Shown here: positions 10,090 through 20,431 of the stretch, piece after piece | Position numbering within the stretch: the stretch's first letter is position 1 | Layout of the letters: the number at the start of each line of letters is the position of its first letter | Source: Nitrosopumilus sp. | Lineage (GTDB): Archaea > Thermoproteota > Nitrososphaeria > Nitrososphaerales > Nitrosopumilaceae | DNA length: 64,000 nt | NCBI GenBank assembly: GCA_965197525.1 | Contig: OZ240211.1 | Span: 864,001 to 928,000 of the forward strand | Direction of reading: 5' to 3' | The notes under the pieces: generated by a model | Seen by the model: only the letters and a program-made list of their open reading frames with translations | What the model was told of the DNA's origin: nothing | The model's database searches: none | Translations under genes and position numbers: made by a program

Positions 10090-10626
10090 TTATGAAAGAT
10101 CAGATCTCATTAGAGGCAAGGTTTTGGCAAGTTTTTCTGTAAAGCCAATAAATGCCGTAGTCTCTTGCTCAATGTAGGACTCAATTTTATCATACTGGGC
10201 GTTGGCATACCATTGAGGAACCGTAACACCAGAACGTTCCTTGTTTGTAATTTTATCTAGCCCAGATCCTTTGTGTTCACCATTGTTAATTAAGATACCC
10301 ACATGATGTAAATCGATGTGCGGTCTAAATAGAACATCTATCTCCGGCAATTGATAATGTTTGGTTTTACTATTGAGAAATTGATGTTCAAATGTTAAAT
10401 TATAGCCAACAGGTATAAAGTCAAAACTATAGCTAGAAATTATCGGAGTGTCTTGTATGAATTTTTGTAAGAGTTCTTTTTCTCCTCCAAGTTCCCACTC
10501 TTTTAGAATTACTAGTGGGCCATTTTGTTTGAATGTATTTCTTTCCAATGGAACATATTGAATTGTTAAAAGTTTATCTTGTTGAGGATCAAGTCCACTA
10601 GTTTCAATATCAAGATAATAACTCAT
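10090..10626 (-). CDS. DEDD 3'-5' exonuclease / RNase H-like domain protein
   Basis: YLDIETSG, VGYNLTFE, HIDLH. Confidence 0.8.
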   Translation of the reverse strand: MSYYLDIETSGLDPQQDKLLTIQYVPLERNTFKQNGPLVILKEWELGGEKELLQKFIQDTPIISSYSFDFIPVGYNLTFEHQFLNSKTKHYQLPEIDVLFRPHIDLHHVGILINNGEHKGSGLDKITNKERSGVTVPQWYANAQYDKIESYIEQETTAFIGFTEKLAKTLPLMRSDLS

Positions 10627-10686
10627 TGTAATAACTTCTAGTTTATTAAAAAGATACTTGTAAATAAATGATCGTAAGAATCAATT

Positions 10687-12323
10687 TGGAATTACATACT
10701 TGGATTACATTATACGTCAATCATATATAATGCGCCGATTATTAACTGGATGGAAAAAGAAATAAAAGATTTTATTTATAGAACAGTGATTGTAAAACCA
10801 AGGCAGACAAAAGAACTGTCATTAAAGGCACGCAGGATTGCAAACTTTCAGACGTATTTTTTCAACATGGGTGTAGAGGCAGGACTAGTTGAAAAATATG
10901 ACAAAATCAAGACAAGCCGTACCATTACTGACATACATCACACCATGCCATGGAGCAACAGATACCACACCAATGTGGCAACAACTGCGTTCCAACAGGG
11001 GCATGATACGGCAGACAAACATTTGAAATCCTGCGCAAAAAAACGTAGGGTACGAAACTGGGCAAAAAAGACTGGCGGCAAGAACCACAACTGGCACACG
11101 TCATTTAAAAATCTCAAACCAAACAAATGGATTGACAGAAACAGTTTGTTCAGAAACTCCAAAAATGCAAAGCATACATCCATAACAGTAAACGGTCAGA
11201 ACCCCTCGCTGAGAATGGGAAAGTGGAAAAAACTGTACATGAACCTGCCTGGTATGGGTCAGGTGGAGCTGTTGTCGTCTTTGAAGAGTCTTCCAAAGCA
11301 ACTGGTATGTGAAAGAGACAAAAACAGCACTAGCAAATTCTACCAGACCAACATTGTATCATACAGGCTTGTTGAGAACACCAAAAAAATCACTGCCAAT
11401 ACAAACGATTCGAACCGCACGTTTGAGATCCATCTGACATTAAAAATACAGAGACCTAAAAATACGAATTGTGTAGTCGTATGCGGAATAGACATGGGGG
11501 TTAAGAAATCCCTAGTCGTTCATAACGGAATAAACACCGATTTTTACAGGACACCTTATTCCTGTAGGAGAAAAAAAGACGATGTAGTCTCAGAACAACA
11601 GTCAAAAAGAGACGGTCACAAACTGCATAGTAACAGATGGAAAAAAGAGGATCGCAAACTGAAGAGGATGAAGAAAACACTCAACAACAGAAGAACCGAG
11701 CACAATAATTTCCTTGCCAAACAGATTGTGATGAGAACAGGAGTGATAGTCATGGAAAAACTAAACATTGGCAATATGACTGCAAAAAATGAAAAGCGGA
11801 AAAGTGGCCTTAACAGGGAGATTTACGGGGCAGGTATGGGAAGAATGGGGGATAGAATAAAAATGACTGCCGAAAACCACGGAACCAAAACGCTTGAGAT
11901 TGTTCCACATTATACCAGCATAACGTGTAGTAAGTGCAATATGATCAACAGCAACTCTAGAACTACCAGGGATGTGTTTCAATGCGTATACTGTGGATTT
12001 CTGTGCGATGCAGACGGTAACGCCGGCACAAACATCAGACACTACGGACTTCCATGCATACGAAGGCTCCCGCTTGTAGACAGATATGGAAACTACAGGT
12101 GTGACAGCATGGAAAATATTATTTTAGCTAATAAAAATGGCACATCTAATAGTGTCAGTATTATTAGTGGCGGTAGGGACTATCGTCACAAGACAGAAGA
12201 ATCAAGACATGGCTTACACCATGTTGTTTCTAAAAAAGACGGCAAGAACCAAGCTGTGAATGATTTGTTGGACTGTCAGAAAAAAACCTTGGTGCAGAAA
12301 CGTAACCTAGGTATATAAGTCCC
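10687..12323 (+). mobile_element. 1,637-bp TnpB-only element, copy 1, with TIRs and 8-bp TSD
   Basis: Imperfect TIR (T)GGAATTACATACTTGGATTAC / GTAACCTAGGTATATAAGTCCC; TSD AATCAATT at 10679-10686 and 12324-12331. Confidence 0.85.
10750..12318 (+). CDS. tnpB: TnpB-family RNA-guided endonuclease
   Basis: RuvC-I GIDMG, RuvC-II VMEKL, Zn finger CSKC/CVYC, RuvC-III DADGNA. Confidence 0.92.
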   Translation: MEKEIKDFIYRTVIVKPRQTKELSLKARRIANFQTYFFNMGVEAGLVEKYDKIKTSRTITDIHHTMPWSNRYHTNVATTAFQQGHDTADKHLKSCAKKRRVRNWAKKTGGKNHNWHTSFKNLKPNKWIDRNSLFRNSKNAKHTSITVNGQNPSLRMGKWKKLYMNLPGMGQVELLSSLKSLPKQLVCERDKNSTSKFYQTNIVSYRLVENTKKITANTNDSNRTFEIHLTLKIQRPKNTNCVVVCGIDMGVKKSLVVHNGINTDFYRTPYSCRRKKDDVVSEQQSKRDGHKLHSNRWKKEDRKLKRMKKTLNNRRTEHNNFLAKQIVMRTGVIVMEKLNIGNMTAKNEKRKSGLNREIYGAGMGRMGDRIKMTAENHGTKTLEIVPHYTSITCSKCNMINSNSRTTRDVFQCVYCGFLCDADGNAGTNIRHYGLPCIRRLPLVDRYGNYRCDSMENIILANKNGTSNSVSIISGGRDYRHKTEESRHGLHHVVSKKDGKNQAVNDLLDCQKKTLVQKRNLGI

Positions 12324-13309
12324 AATCAATTTGTTGCTTTAATAATAACAGAATGCAGTTTGGTACATCGGATTATTGAATATGACTATTTAAGAGTAGA
12401 GCGATGAATGAATAAAATGTAAAAAATATGAAGATTGAAAGAATCAAAAAAGACAAGGTAGTTTGAAATAATAATAATAATAATAAGATAATCCATGGTT
12501 TGGATAAAAAACCAAAAATAAATTTTTGCTTGTTAGAATTTTCTTAGAAGTGTGTATATAATAGATCAGAGATGTTTGATTGAATGTTTTTTAACGGATA
12601 AGAATAAGATGATTTAGTGTGGTTCAATGAATGTAGATATAATTGATAGCGCAGTAAGAATAATTCAAATACGATTAGATAATTAGAATAAGACAAAATA
12701 ACATCCCATACAGAAAAATTCATTCCAGAAAAAGAGATAGACGTGATAGCAACGCACGATTGCTCGGTTTTAAAACACAAACCTAAGAAAAGGATTTGAA
12801 AGAAAGATATTAAAAAATTGTAAATGGAAGATGACAGATACTATGTACTCAAAAATACAATTATTTGAAATAAACTAGATAGTAGAAATGGGGCTGACAG
12901 CCCAACGCATGGACTGCCAGCTGTTCCCCGAACGGTTTGAATTCGATGTCAATTTACACAGTAAAGAATATGATTTAAACGTTTGAAAGTGTGTTAAAAT
13001 CATCATGTAGATACTGCAAAGTCAGATAAAGTTAGTCTCCTAACAATATAAGAATAAACTATAAAACAACTTGGGTTAAGATCAGACAGTGTAGAACTTG
13101 TGAAAAAACAGATGCGGAAATTACGTATTGGTACAACATTGCTTGTGTAGATATTTTCTACCATTAATTAAATTGTAAAAAGGTCCTGCATACGTTAAAC
13201 CAGAAAATGAAAATAAAATGTCAGCATTCAAGATGAAATATGCTTGTTAAAACTAGATTTTATGGCATGTAGATTAAAAAGATTAATAATTTGAATATTT
13301 GATGGACAT

Positions 13310-14509
13310 TTGATGCAAAGAGAGATTGTTTTACTTCTTACATTAATTGTGCTAGGCGGAATTTCGACAAATTATGCATATTCTCAAGATGCTCAACTTG
13401 CAACATTTCAAGAGACTGTGCAAATTATTATCGACAAGAATGTGTCTCAGAATGTTGCAGCATCAATATCTTTGCAGAGTACAAGTATTCAAGAGATTAG
13501 AATTCCGGCCCAATTGGAACAGCAAATTAGAGAAGACAGGCAAGTGACAGCTGTAATTTTTACAAATCAGGATGAATGCATCATGGGCGTGGTTGATAGA
13601 TCATGTATAGTAATGAACATAGCAGCAGATCCAAAGAATGAAGGAATTTTTGAGATTCAAGACGCAGCAAAAGCAGTATCAGAAAAATATATTGACGAAA
13701 TTAACCGGATTTTTGGCACCAAAGCCACGTTCCATTCAGTGTATCTGCAAAGTGGGAATGAGGCAAACAAATCATTAGAGGCCATAACCACAACAACAAC
13801 GGGCAAAGGAGTAATTTCAGCAGTGTATACACTACCAGCATCAGATACTAGCTCTATGTATGAAAAAATATCAGCAATTCTCATTCCAAGAGTGATTAGA
13901 GATAGTGGAGGATTTTATGACATAGCAAAAGAGATATCACATGATGAAAATGCAAGTATGACATTTACAATGGTTCCACTAGAATCAAAATCTCTGTTGC
14001 AGTTAAAATTGTCAGTAGATTATCCAAATAGAGCCGCAGGAATTTCAGAGATTAGCCCATTAGAATTTCTAAAGGCTGAAAGCATAAACAGATCAGATTA
14101 TTTTTCTACTGGATTTTATCCTTTAAACTCGTTAATTCAAGTAATAGTGTTATCACCTGAGAATACAAGCATATCAAAGGCGAAAGGAAATATACTTACA
14201 ACCCAAATTGTGGACGGGGAGAAAATTCCCGAATCAATCACAGAACAAGGATGGATTTTTGATCCAGACCAAGGAAGAGTGATACAAGGAAAGTACATCT
14301 TCGGTGAGGAGACGACGACAAGTAAAGAGAATCTAGAATTTTCATTGAGGGATACAAGTACTCAGACAGAGAAAACAGATCCCCCAACGATAGATCCAAG
14401 TATACAGACAGACAGATCAGAACTAGATGAATCGACGGTTATAATAATTATAATCTCAATAGCTGCAATTATTGCAGCAGTGTTTTATCTTAAAGGATAC
14501 AGAAGATAG
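13310..14509 (+). CDS. Membrane-anchored secreted hypothetical protein
   Basis: Signal peptide plus C-terminal TM helix and basic tail. Confidence 0.8.
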   Translation: MMQREIVLLLTLIVLGGISTNYAYSQDAQLATFQETVQIIIDKNVSQNVAASISLQSTSIQEIRIPAQLEQQIREDRQVTAVIFTNQDECIMGVVDRSCIVMNIAADPKNEGIFEIQDAAKAVSEKYIDEINRIFGTKATFHSVYLQSGNEANKSLEAITTTTTGKGVISAVYTLPASDTSSMYEKISAILIPRVIRDSGGFYDIAKEISHDENASMTFTMVPLESKSLLQLKLSVDYPNRAAGISEISPLEFLKAESINRSDYFSTGFYPLNSLIQVIVLSPENTSISKAKGNILTTQIVDGEKIPESITEQGWIFDPDQGRVIQGKYIFGEETTTSKENLEFSLRDTSTQTEKTDPPTIDPSIQTDRSELDESTVIIIIISIAAIIAAVFYLKGYRR

Positions 14510-14515
14510 GTGTAA

Positions 14516-15067
14516 TTAGATTAAAAGAACAGCTGCTGCAAAGACAGTAGTCCACCTCCCATCCTTATCACCTTTTGCAGATTGGGTAATGTTATGAGTG
14601 TTGTAAATCTCTCCTGAAATTGACCATTGCTGTCTCTTTTCATCCCAATTCTTGTCAGCATCAAATGGAATTCCAAGGGATGATGCAAGCATCTGTGCTG
14701 CAATGTCTTCGGCATAATCACCTGCTTGAGTTTCGTTCTGTCCAAAAGATTCGTACTCAGAGAGATATCCATATCTGCGCGTGTCTTTGGGTTGAGCAAG
14801 ACCTACTGATGCAGCACAAACCCTATGGGGTTCGTTGGTTTGGTTTTTGGAGTATATGGTAAAGAGAATCTGTCCTGGCTTGATTTTTTTTAATCCGTCC
14901 TTTCTAGGGATGAGTTTGGCTTGAGGTGGAAAGATACTAGAGATTAAAACAAGGTTGGTTCCCGCAATGCCTGCATCTCGTAGCGCATATTCAAAGCTAG
15001 TCAACCTATCCTCGTGGACTCCTTTGCCTCGTGTAAGGAATAAATTCTTAGCTACTAGATCTAACAT
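14516..15067 (-). CDS. pdaD: Pyruvoyl-dependent arginine decarboxylase
   Basis: SFEYALRDAGI..NLVLISSIFPP with self-cleavage SS motif. Confidence 0.9.
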   Translation of the reverse strand: MLDLVAKNLFLTRGKGVHEDRLTSFEYALRDAGIAGTNLVLISSIFPPQAKLIPRKDGLKKIKPGQILFTIYSKNQTNEPHRVCAASVGLAQPKDTRRYGYLSEYESFGQNETQAGDYAEDIAAQMLASSLGIPFDADKNWDEKRQQWSISGEIYNTHNITQSAKGDKDGRWTTVFAAAVLLI

Positions 15068-15233
15068 TTCTAAATTGATAAAAAAAAGTTATTATTTATA
15101 CTTTAGAAGTGATTTTAGATTAAACAAATTATAGTATCAGATACGAGCTAATCAATGGATTCGTTGTGTTACCCATGGTTTTCCATAGAATGTGTAGCAA
15201 AAATAGATCGTTACAGAATGAGGATCAGGTGAT

Positions 15234-15476
15234 TTAGTCAGTCCTTCTCTTTTTCTTCTTTCGTTTATCAGGAGCTTTTGGAACCTGAGTCAAAAAGATG
15301 AATGTGAAAAATGCGCCAAGACCCACATTAATGAGAGCCATAAATGTAATCATCACAGTCATGGTTGGCGGAGCAAGAGCTAGACCGATAATTAACCCCA
15401 TTGTTCCAGTAGAATAAAACAACATCATCATAACTTTTACGCGAACAGGCGAAATGTATCTCATAGAAGATGTCAT
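15234..15476 (-). CDS. Small two-TM membrane protein
   Basis: Two hydrophobic helices and Lys-rich tail. Confidence 0.7.
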   Translation of the reverse strand: MTSSMRYISPVRVKVMMMLFYSTGTMGLIIGLALAPPTMTVMITFMALINVGLGAFFTFIFLTQVPKAPDKRKKKKRRTD

Positions 15477-15512
15477 GACATAGCATTATTAAAAATTGAC
15501 GGTAAATTCAAT

Positions 15513-17149
15513 GGGAATTACATACTTGGATTACATTATACGTCAATCATATATAATGCACAGACTATTAACTGGATGGAAAAAGATATAGAAGATTTTA
15601 TTTATAGAACAGTGATTGTAAAACCAAGGCAGACAAAAGAACTGTCATTAAAGGCACGCAGGATTGCAAACTTTCAGACGTATTTTTTCAACATGGGCGT
15701 AGAGGCAGGACTAGTTGAAAAATATGACAAAATCAAGACAAGCCGTACCATTACTGACATACATCACACCATGCCATGGAGCAACAGATACCACACCAAT
15801 GTGGCAACAACTGCGTTCCAACAGGGGCATGATACGGCAGACAAACATTTGAAATCCTGCGCAAAAAAACGTAGAGTACGAAACTGGGCAAAAAAGACTG
15901 GCGGCAAGAACCACAACTGGCACACGTCATTTAAAAATCTCAAACCAAACAAATGGATTGACAGAAACAGTTTGTTCAGAAACTCCAAAAATGCAAAGCA
16001 TACATCCATAACAGTAAACGGTCAGAACCCCTCGCTGAGAATGGGAAAGTGGAAAAAACTGTACATGAACCTGCCTGGTATGGGTCAGGTGGAGCTGTTG
16101 TCGTCTTTGAAGAGTCTTCCAAAGCAACTGGTATGTGAAAGAGACAAAAACAGCACTAGCAAATTCTACCAGACCAACATTGTATCATACAGGCTTGTTG
16201 AGAACACCAAAAAAATCACTGCCAATACAAACGATTCGAACCGCACGTTTGAGATCCATCTGACACTAAAAATACAGAGACCTAAAAATACGGATCGTAC
16301 AGTCGTATGCGGAATAGACATGGGGGTTAAGAGATCCCTAGTCGTTCATGACGGAATAAACACCGATTTTTACAGGACACCTTATTCCTGTAGGAGAAAA
16401 AAAGACGATGTAGTCTCAAAACAACAGTCAAAAAGAGACGGCCACAAACTGCATAGTAACAGATGGAAAAAAGAGGATCGCAAACTGAAGAGGATGAAGA
16501 AAACACTCAACAACAGAAGAACCGAGCACAATAATTTCCTTGCCAAACAGATTGTGATGAGAACAGGAGTGATAGTCATGGAAAAACTAAACATTGGCAA
16601 TATGACTGCAAAAAATGAAAAGCGGAAAAGTGGCCTTAACAGGGAGATTTACGGGGCAGGTATGGGAAGAATGGGGGATAGAATAAAAATGACTGCCGAA
16701 AACCACGGAACCAAAACGCTTGAGATTGTTCCACATTATACCAGCATAACGTGTAGTAAGTGCAATATGATCAACAGCAACTCTAGAACTACCAGGGATG
16801 TGTTTCAATGCGTATACTGTGGATTTTTGTGCGATGCAGACGATAACGCCGGCACAAACATCAGACATTACGGACTTCCGTGCATACGAAGGCTCCCGCT
16901 TGTAGACAGATATGGAAACTACAGGTGTGACAGCATGGAAAATATTATTTTAGCTAATAAAAATGGCACATCTAATAGTGTCAGTATTATTAGTGGCGGT
17001 AGGGACTATCGTCACAAGACAGAAGAATCAAGACATGGCTTACACCATGTTGTTTCTAAAAAAGACGGCAAGAACCAAGCTGTGAATGATTTGTTGGACT
17101 GTCAGAAAAAAACCTTGGTGTATAAATGTAACCTAGGTATATAATTCCC
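15513..17149 (+). mobile_element. 1,637-bp TnpB-only element, copy 2, with TIRs and 8-bp TSD
   Basis: TIR GGGAATTACATACTTGGATTACA / TGTAACCTAGGTATATAATTCCC (19/23 match); TSD AATTCAAT at 15505-15512 and 17150-17157. Confidence 0.9.
15576..17144 (+). CDS. tnpB: TnpB-family RNA-guided endonuclease, near-identical to 10750-12318
   Basis: Same D/E/D RuvC triad (DADDNA) and Zn finger; 522 aa. Confidence 0.92.
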   Translation: MEKDIEDFIYRTVIVKPRQTKELSLKARRIANFQTYFFNMGVEAGLVEKYDKIKTSRTITDIHHTMPWSNRYHTNVATTAFQQGHDTADKHLKSCAKKRRVRNWAKKTGGKNHNWHTSFKNLKPNKWIDRNSLFRNSKNAKHTSITVNGQNPSLRMGKWKKLYMNLPGMGQVELLSSLKSLPKQLVCERDKNSTSKFYQTNIVSYRLVENTKKITANTNDSNRTFEIHLTLKIQRPKNTDRTVVCGIDMGVKRSLVVHDGINTDFYRTPYSCRRKKDDVVSKQQSKRDGHKLHSNRWKKEDRKLKRMKKTLNNRRTEHNNFLAKQIVMRTGVIVMEKLNIGNMTAKNEKRKSGLNREIYGAGMGRMGDRIKMTAENHGTKTLEIVPHYTSITCSKCNMINSNSRTTRDVFQCVYCGFLCDADDNAGTNIRHYGLPCIRRLPLVDRYGNYRCDSMENIILANKNGTSNSVSIISGGRDYRHKTEESRHGLHHVVSKKDGKNQAVNDLLDCQKKTLVYKCNLGI

Positions 17150-17231
17150 AATTCAATAATTCTTTGTAAAAAAGATTTGAAACAGAGTACAGGTAACATT
17201 TTAAACCTTCAAAAATTTCAATTTACTTCGT

Positions 17232-17305
<74 letters not shown>

Positions 17306-17384
17306 TTAAAATTTTAATTCAGTAATGAGATTTTCTATACAAAGGATGATAGTGATAAATAGAGCAGGATTCGAAGTGGAATAA

Positions 17385-18542
17385 ATGGATGATAAAGAGA
17401 GTGTAGTGGATGATAAAGAGAGTGTAGTGGATGATAAAGAGAGTGTAGTGGATGATAAAGAGAGTGTAGTGGATGATAAAGAGAGTGTAGTGGATGATAA
17501 AGAGAGTGTAGTGGATGATAAAGAGAGTGTAGTGGATGATAAAGAGAGTGTAGTGGATGATAAAGAGAGTGTAGTGGATGATAAAGAGAGTGTAGTGGAT
17601 GATAAAGAGAGTGTAGTGGATGATAAAGAGAGTGTAGTGGATGATAAAGAGAGTGTAGTGGATGATAAAGAGAGTGTAGTGGATCACATAGAGCCACTAC
17701 ATCGCCAGGAGATAAAACCAGTTACCCCAAAACACAGCCAAAATGCATCAGTTAAAAAATCCACGTTTAACGCACTAGTTATCGGGGTGATCATACTAGT
17801 AGGAGTTACAGCTTTTCTTGCAGGATCATACACATCAAATCAGGACTCTGATCAGATTTCTGCCGAAGAACTAGAGGAAGCGCTTGCAAAACTAGAGCTC
17901 AGACTGTTACAGAATCAATTACCCAAAAATCAACCACAGGCGGCACCAGCAGCTGCAGGAGGAGTACCACAAACAGATCCAATAAGGATTTCAATAGACG
18001 ATGATCCAATAATAGGCGATCCCAATGCAGCAATAACAATAATAGAATTCTCAGATTTTCAATGTCCATTTTGTGCAAGATTTAACGCACAGACACTTCC
18101 ACCACTTATGGAAGAATACATACAACAAGGAAAAGTAAAGTTAGTGTTTAGGGACTTTCCAATTCAAAGTATTCATCCAAATGCAGTACCAGCGTCGCTT
18201 GCAGCAGAATGTGCAAATGAACAAGGAAAATTCAAAGAGATGCATGACGTACTATTTGACAATCAAAGACAATGGAGTGACATAGATACTGCCGATGCAG
18301 TGTCCATATTTAATCAATATGCAAATAGTATGCAGTTAGATGAAACAGCGTTTAGCTCATGTCTTAATAATGGAAAATACATTGAAGAGATCAACAAGGA
18401 TCTTAGAGATGGCAGATCTTATGGTGTTTCTGGAACGCCGGGATTTTTCATAGGAAATGACCAAGTAGGATATATCGAGATAAAAGGAGCGCAGCCATTT
18501 GAGAGTTTCAAGAGAGTTATCGATGCTCAATTAGGAACATAA
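17385..18542 (+). CDS. DsbA-family thioredoxin-fold protein with N-terminal (DDKESVV)14 and TM anchor
   Basis: FSDFQCPFC CxxC; GVSGTP cis-Pro loop. Confidence 0.92.
   Translation: MDDKESVVDDKESVVDDKESVVDDKESVVDDKESVVDDKESVVDDKESVVDDKESVVDDKESVVDDKESVVDDKESVVDDKESVVDDKESVVDDKESVVDHIEPLHRQEIKPVTPKHSQNASVKKSTFNALVIGVIILVGVTAFLAGSYTSNQDSDQISAEELEEALAKLELRLLQNQLPKNQPQAAPAAAGGVPQTDPIRISIDDDPIIGDPNAAITIIEFSDFQCPFCARFNAQTLPPLMEEYIQQGKVKLVFRDFPIQSIHPNAVPASLAAECANEQGKFKEMHDVLFDNQRQWSDIDTADAVSIFNQYANSMQLDETAFSSCLNNGKYIEEINKDLRDGRSYGVSGTPGFFIGNDQVGYIEIKGAQPFESFKRVIDAQLGT
17388..17681 (+). repeat. 21-bp tandem repeat, 14 perfect units
   Basis: GATGATAAAGAGAGTGTAGTG x14 = 294 bp, in frame. Confidence 0.95.
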
Positions 18543-18645
18543 AGAATAACAAGCGTTTATTAGACCACAATCAAGGTTCTAATTATCGGAATAATGACGA
18601 GTAGGCAATGTGCTTTTTCGTCATTGCTAAAGAGAAGAAAGAAAA

Positions 18646-19968
18646 ATGACAAAATTTAAAGAATTAGGACTAAACGACAATATACTAAAAGGAATTGCAG
18701 ATCTTGGATTTGAGGATGCATTTCCAATTCAAGAGGCAGTTATTCCAGTATTACTAACAGGGAGAGATGTTGTAGGACAGGCGCATACGGGTTCTGGGAA
18801 GACTGCCGCGTTTGCGTTGTCAATGTTGCAAGAGATCCAGCCGAAGAGAGGAATCCAGGGATTAATCATGGCTCCAACAAGGGAGCTTGCAATGCAGATT
18901 ACAGATGAGATCAAAAAATTTGGAAAATACACAAAGAACAAGGTTGCAACAGTATACGGAGGACAAGGAATGGGAATTCAGCTAGATGCACTACACAGAG
19001 GGGTTGAAATTGTAGTCGCAACGCCTGGTAGGTTGATAGACCATCTCAAAAGAGGCTCGATAGAATTAGGAGATATTACACATATTGTTCTAGATGAGGC
19101 AGATACGATGCTAGATATGGGATTTATTGACGATATTCAATTCATTTTAGATTTAGCCCCAGAAGACAGAGTAATGTCTTTGTATTCTGCAACAATGCCT
19201 ACTGAGATTCTGAGACTATCTGAAGATTATCTAAATAATCCAAAACAGTTCTTGCTAGATGCAGACGATCTAAGTGGAGAAGGAATAGACCAAGCATATC
19301 TAGTAATCAAAGACAGGGACAAATTCAAACACCTGATAGATTTTGTAAAAAAGACAAAGGGACAATGTATCATATTTTGCTCTACAAAATACAGAACAAG
19401 AGATGTTGCTAAATTCCTGCATCAACAAAAATTCAATGCTGTGGCCATTGAAGGGGACATGTCACAGCACAGAAGAGAGCAATCCATGGGGAAATTTCGT
19501 AGTGGAAAAGCAGACATTCTTGTAGCTACAGATGTTGCATCAAGAGGCATAGATGTACCAAGAGTAAAGCTAGTAGTAAATTATGACGTACCGAACCAAG
19601 AGATGGCATACTTTCATAGAATTGGAAGAACAGCTAGAGCGGGAGCAAAAGGCAGAGCAATAACATTTGTATCATATTCGTCTATAGGTGACTGGAATAT
19701 CATCAAACGTCAAATCAAAGTGCCAATTATAGATTTGAATGAAGAGATGGGAATTAAAATTGCAATTCCAGATCCCCTAAAGAGACAGACATCAGGAAGA
19801 AGGTATGGAGGCCAATCAAGATCAGGTTATTCTAGAGGAGGAGGCCGTTCTGGAGGCTATGGAGGATCAGATAGAGGCGGTAACAGATATGGAAGATCAG
19901 ATAGAGGCGTAAAAAAATACAACAACAGAGATAATAGAAACAGTTATGGCGGACGCAGTAGATGGTAG
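18646..19968 (+). CDS. DEAD-box RNA helicase
   Basis: Q motif, AHTGSGKT, PTRELA, DEAD, SAT, HRIGRTAR; RG-rich tail. Confidence 0.97.
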   Translation: MTKFKELGLNDNILKGIADLGFEDAFPIQEAVIPVLLTGRDVVGQAHTGSGKTAAFALSMLQEIQPKRGIQGLIMAPTRELAMQITDEIKKFGKYTKNKVATVYGGQGMGIQLDALHRGVEIVVATPGRLIDHLKRGSIELGDITHIVLDEADTMLDMGFIDDIQFILDLAPEDRVMSLYSATMPTEILRLSEDYLNNPKQFLLDADDLSGEGIDQAYLVIKDRDKFKHLIDFVKKTKGQCIIFCSTKYRTRDVAKFLHQQKFNAVAIEGDMSQHRREQSMGKFRSGKADILVATDVASRGIDVPRVKLVVNYDVPNQEMAYFHRIGRTARAGAKGRAITFVSYSSIGDWNIIKRQIKVPIIDLNEEMGIKIAIPDPLKRQTSGRRYGGQSRSGYSRGGGRSGGYGGSDRGGNRYGRSDRGVKKYNNRDNRNSYGGRSRW

Positions 19969-20133
19969 CGAATCATCATCATTATTACTGGGTTCTGTAA
20001 CATTATCGGGACGTGAAATTTCATACACTGTTAAATATTCTGGACATTTACACAGTTTAATATTCTGGTCTCGATTATTATACAGAATTTATTTTTTAAT
20101 GGCTTATATAGAATTTAGTTCTAGTAATATATA

Positions 20134-20271
20134 ATGAGAATAGATGAACTAAAACAACGTTTAGTAGAAATTAAACAAGAAAAAAATTCAATAAAATTAG
20201 AAATACAAACATTAGATAATAAAAAACAAGAACTAGAATCTGAGATTAAAACATTAAAAGATGATATTTAA
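20134..20271 (+). CDS. 45-aa coiled-coil passenger protein (not in ORF track)
   Basis: MRIDELKQRLVEIKQEKNSIKLEIQTLDNKKQELESEIKTLKDDI; heptad pattern. Confidence 0.55.
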   Translation: MRIDELKQRLVEIKQEKNSIKLEIQTLDNKKQELESEIKTLKDDI

Positions 20272-20272
20272 T

Positions 20273-20428
20273 ATGGTTAAAAAAGAAAACGAAGCAAAAA
20301 TAAGACTATTACAATCATCACTTGATGAAATAAATAGACAGAAAAAAATACATCTTGATGCTATAGAAGATTTAAATGAACAAGAACAACTTATTATTAA
20401 TGAAATAGATAATTTAGAAAATCAATAA
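20273..20428 (+). CDS. 51-aa coiled-coil passenger protein (not in ORF track)
   Basis: MVKKENEAKIRLLQSSLDEINRQKKIHLDAIEDLNEQEQLIINEIDNLENQ; starts 1 nt after previous stop. Confidence 0.55.
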   Translation: MVKKENEAKIRLLQSSLDEINRQKKIHLDAIEDLNEQEQLIINEIDNLENQ

Positions 20429-20431
20429 AAA

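Noticed and set aside
12340-13300. AT-rich intergenic stretch after TnpB copy 1
   Set aside because: No TIRs, repeats or recognisable ORF found by eye; probably decayed sequence.
10687-17149. The two TnpB copies as one composite transposon carrying pdaD and neighbours
   Set aside because: Each copy has its own TSD and the outer flanks differ (AATCAATT vs AATTCAAT), which indicates independent insertions.
17319-17697. Minus-strand (IIHYTLF)n and (YHPLHSL)n ORFs
   Set aside because: Antisense shadows of the 21-bp repeat in the DsbA gene.
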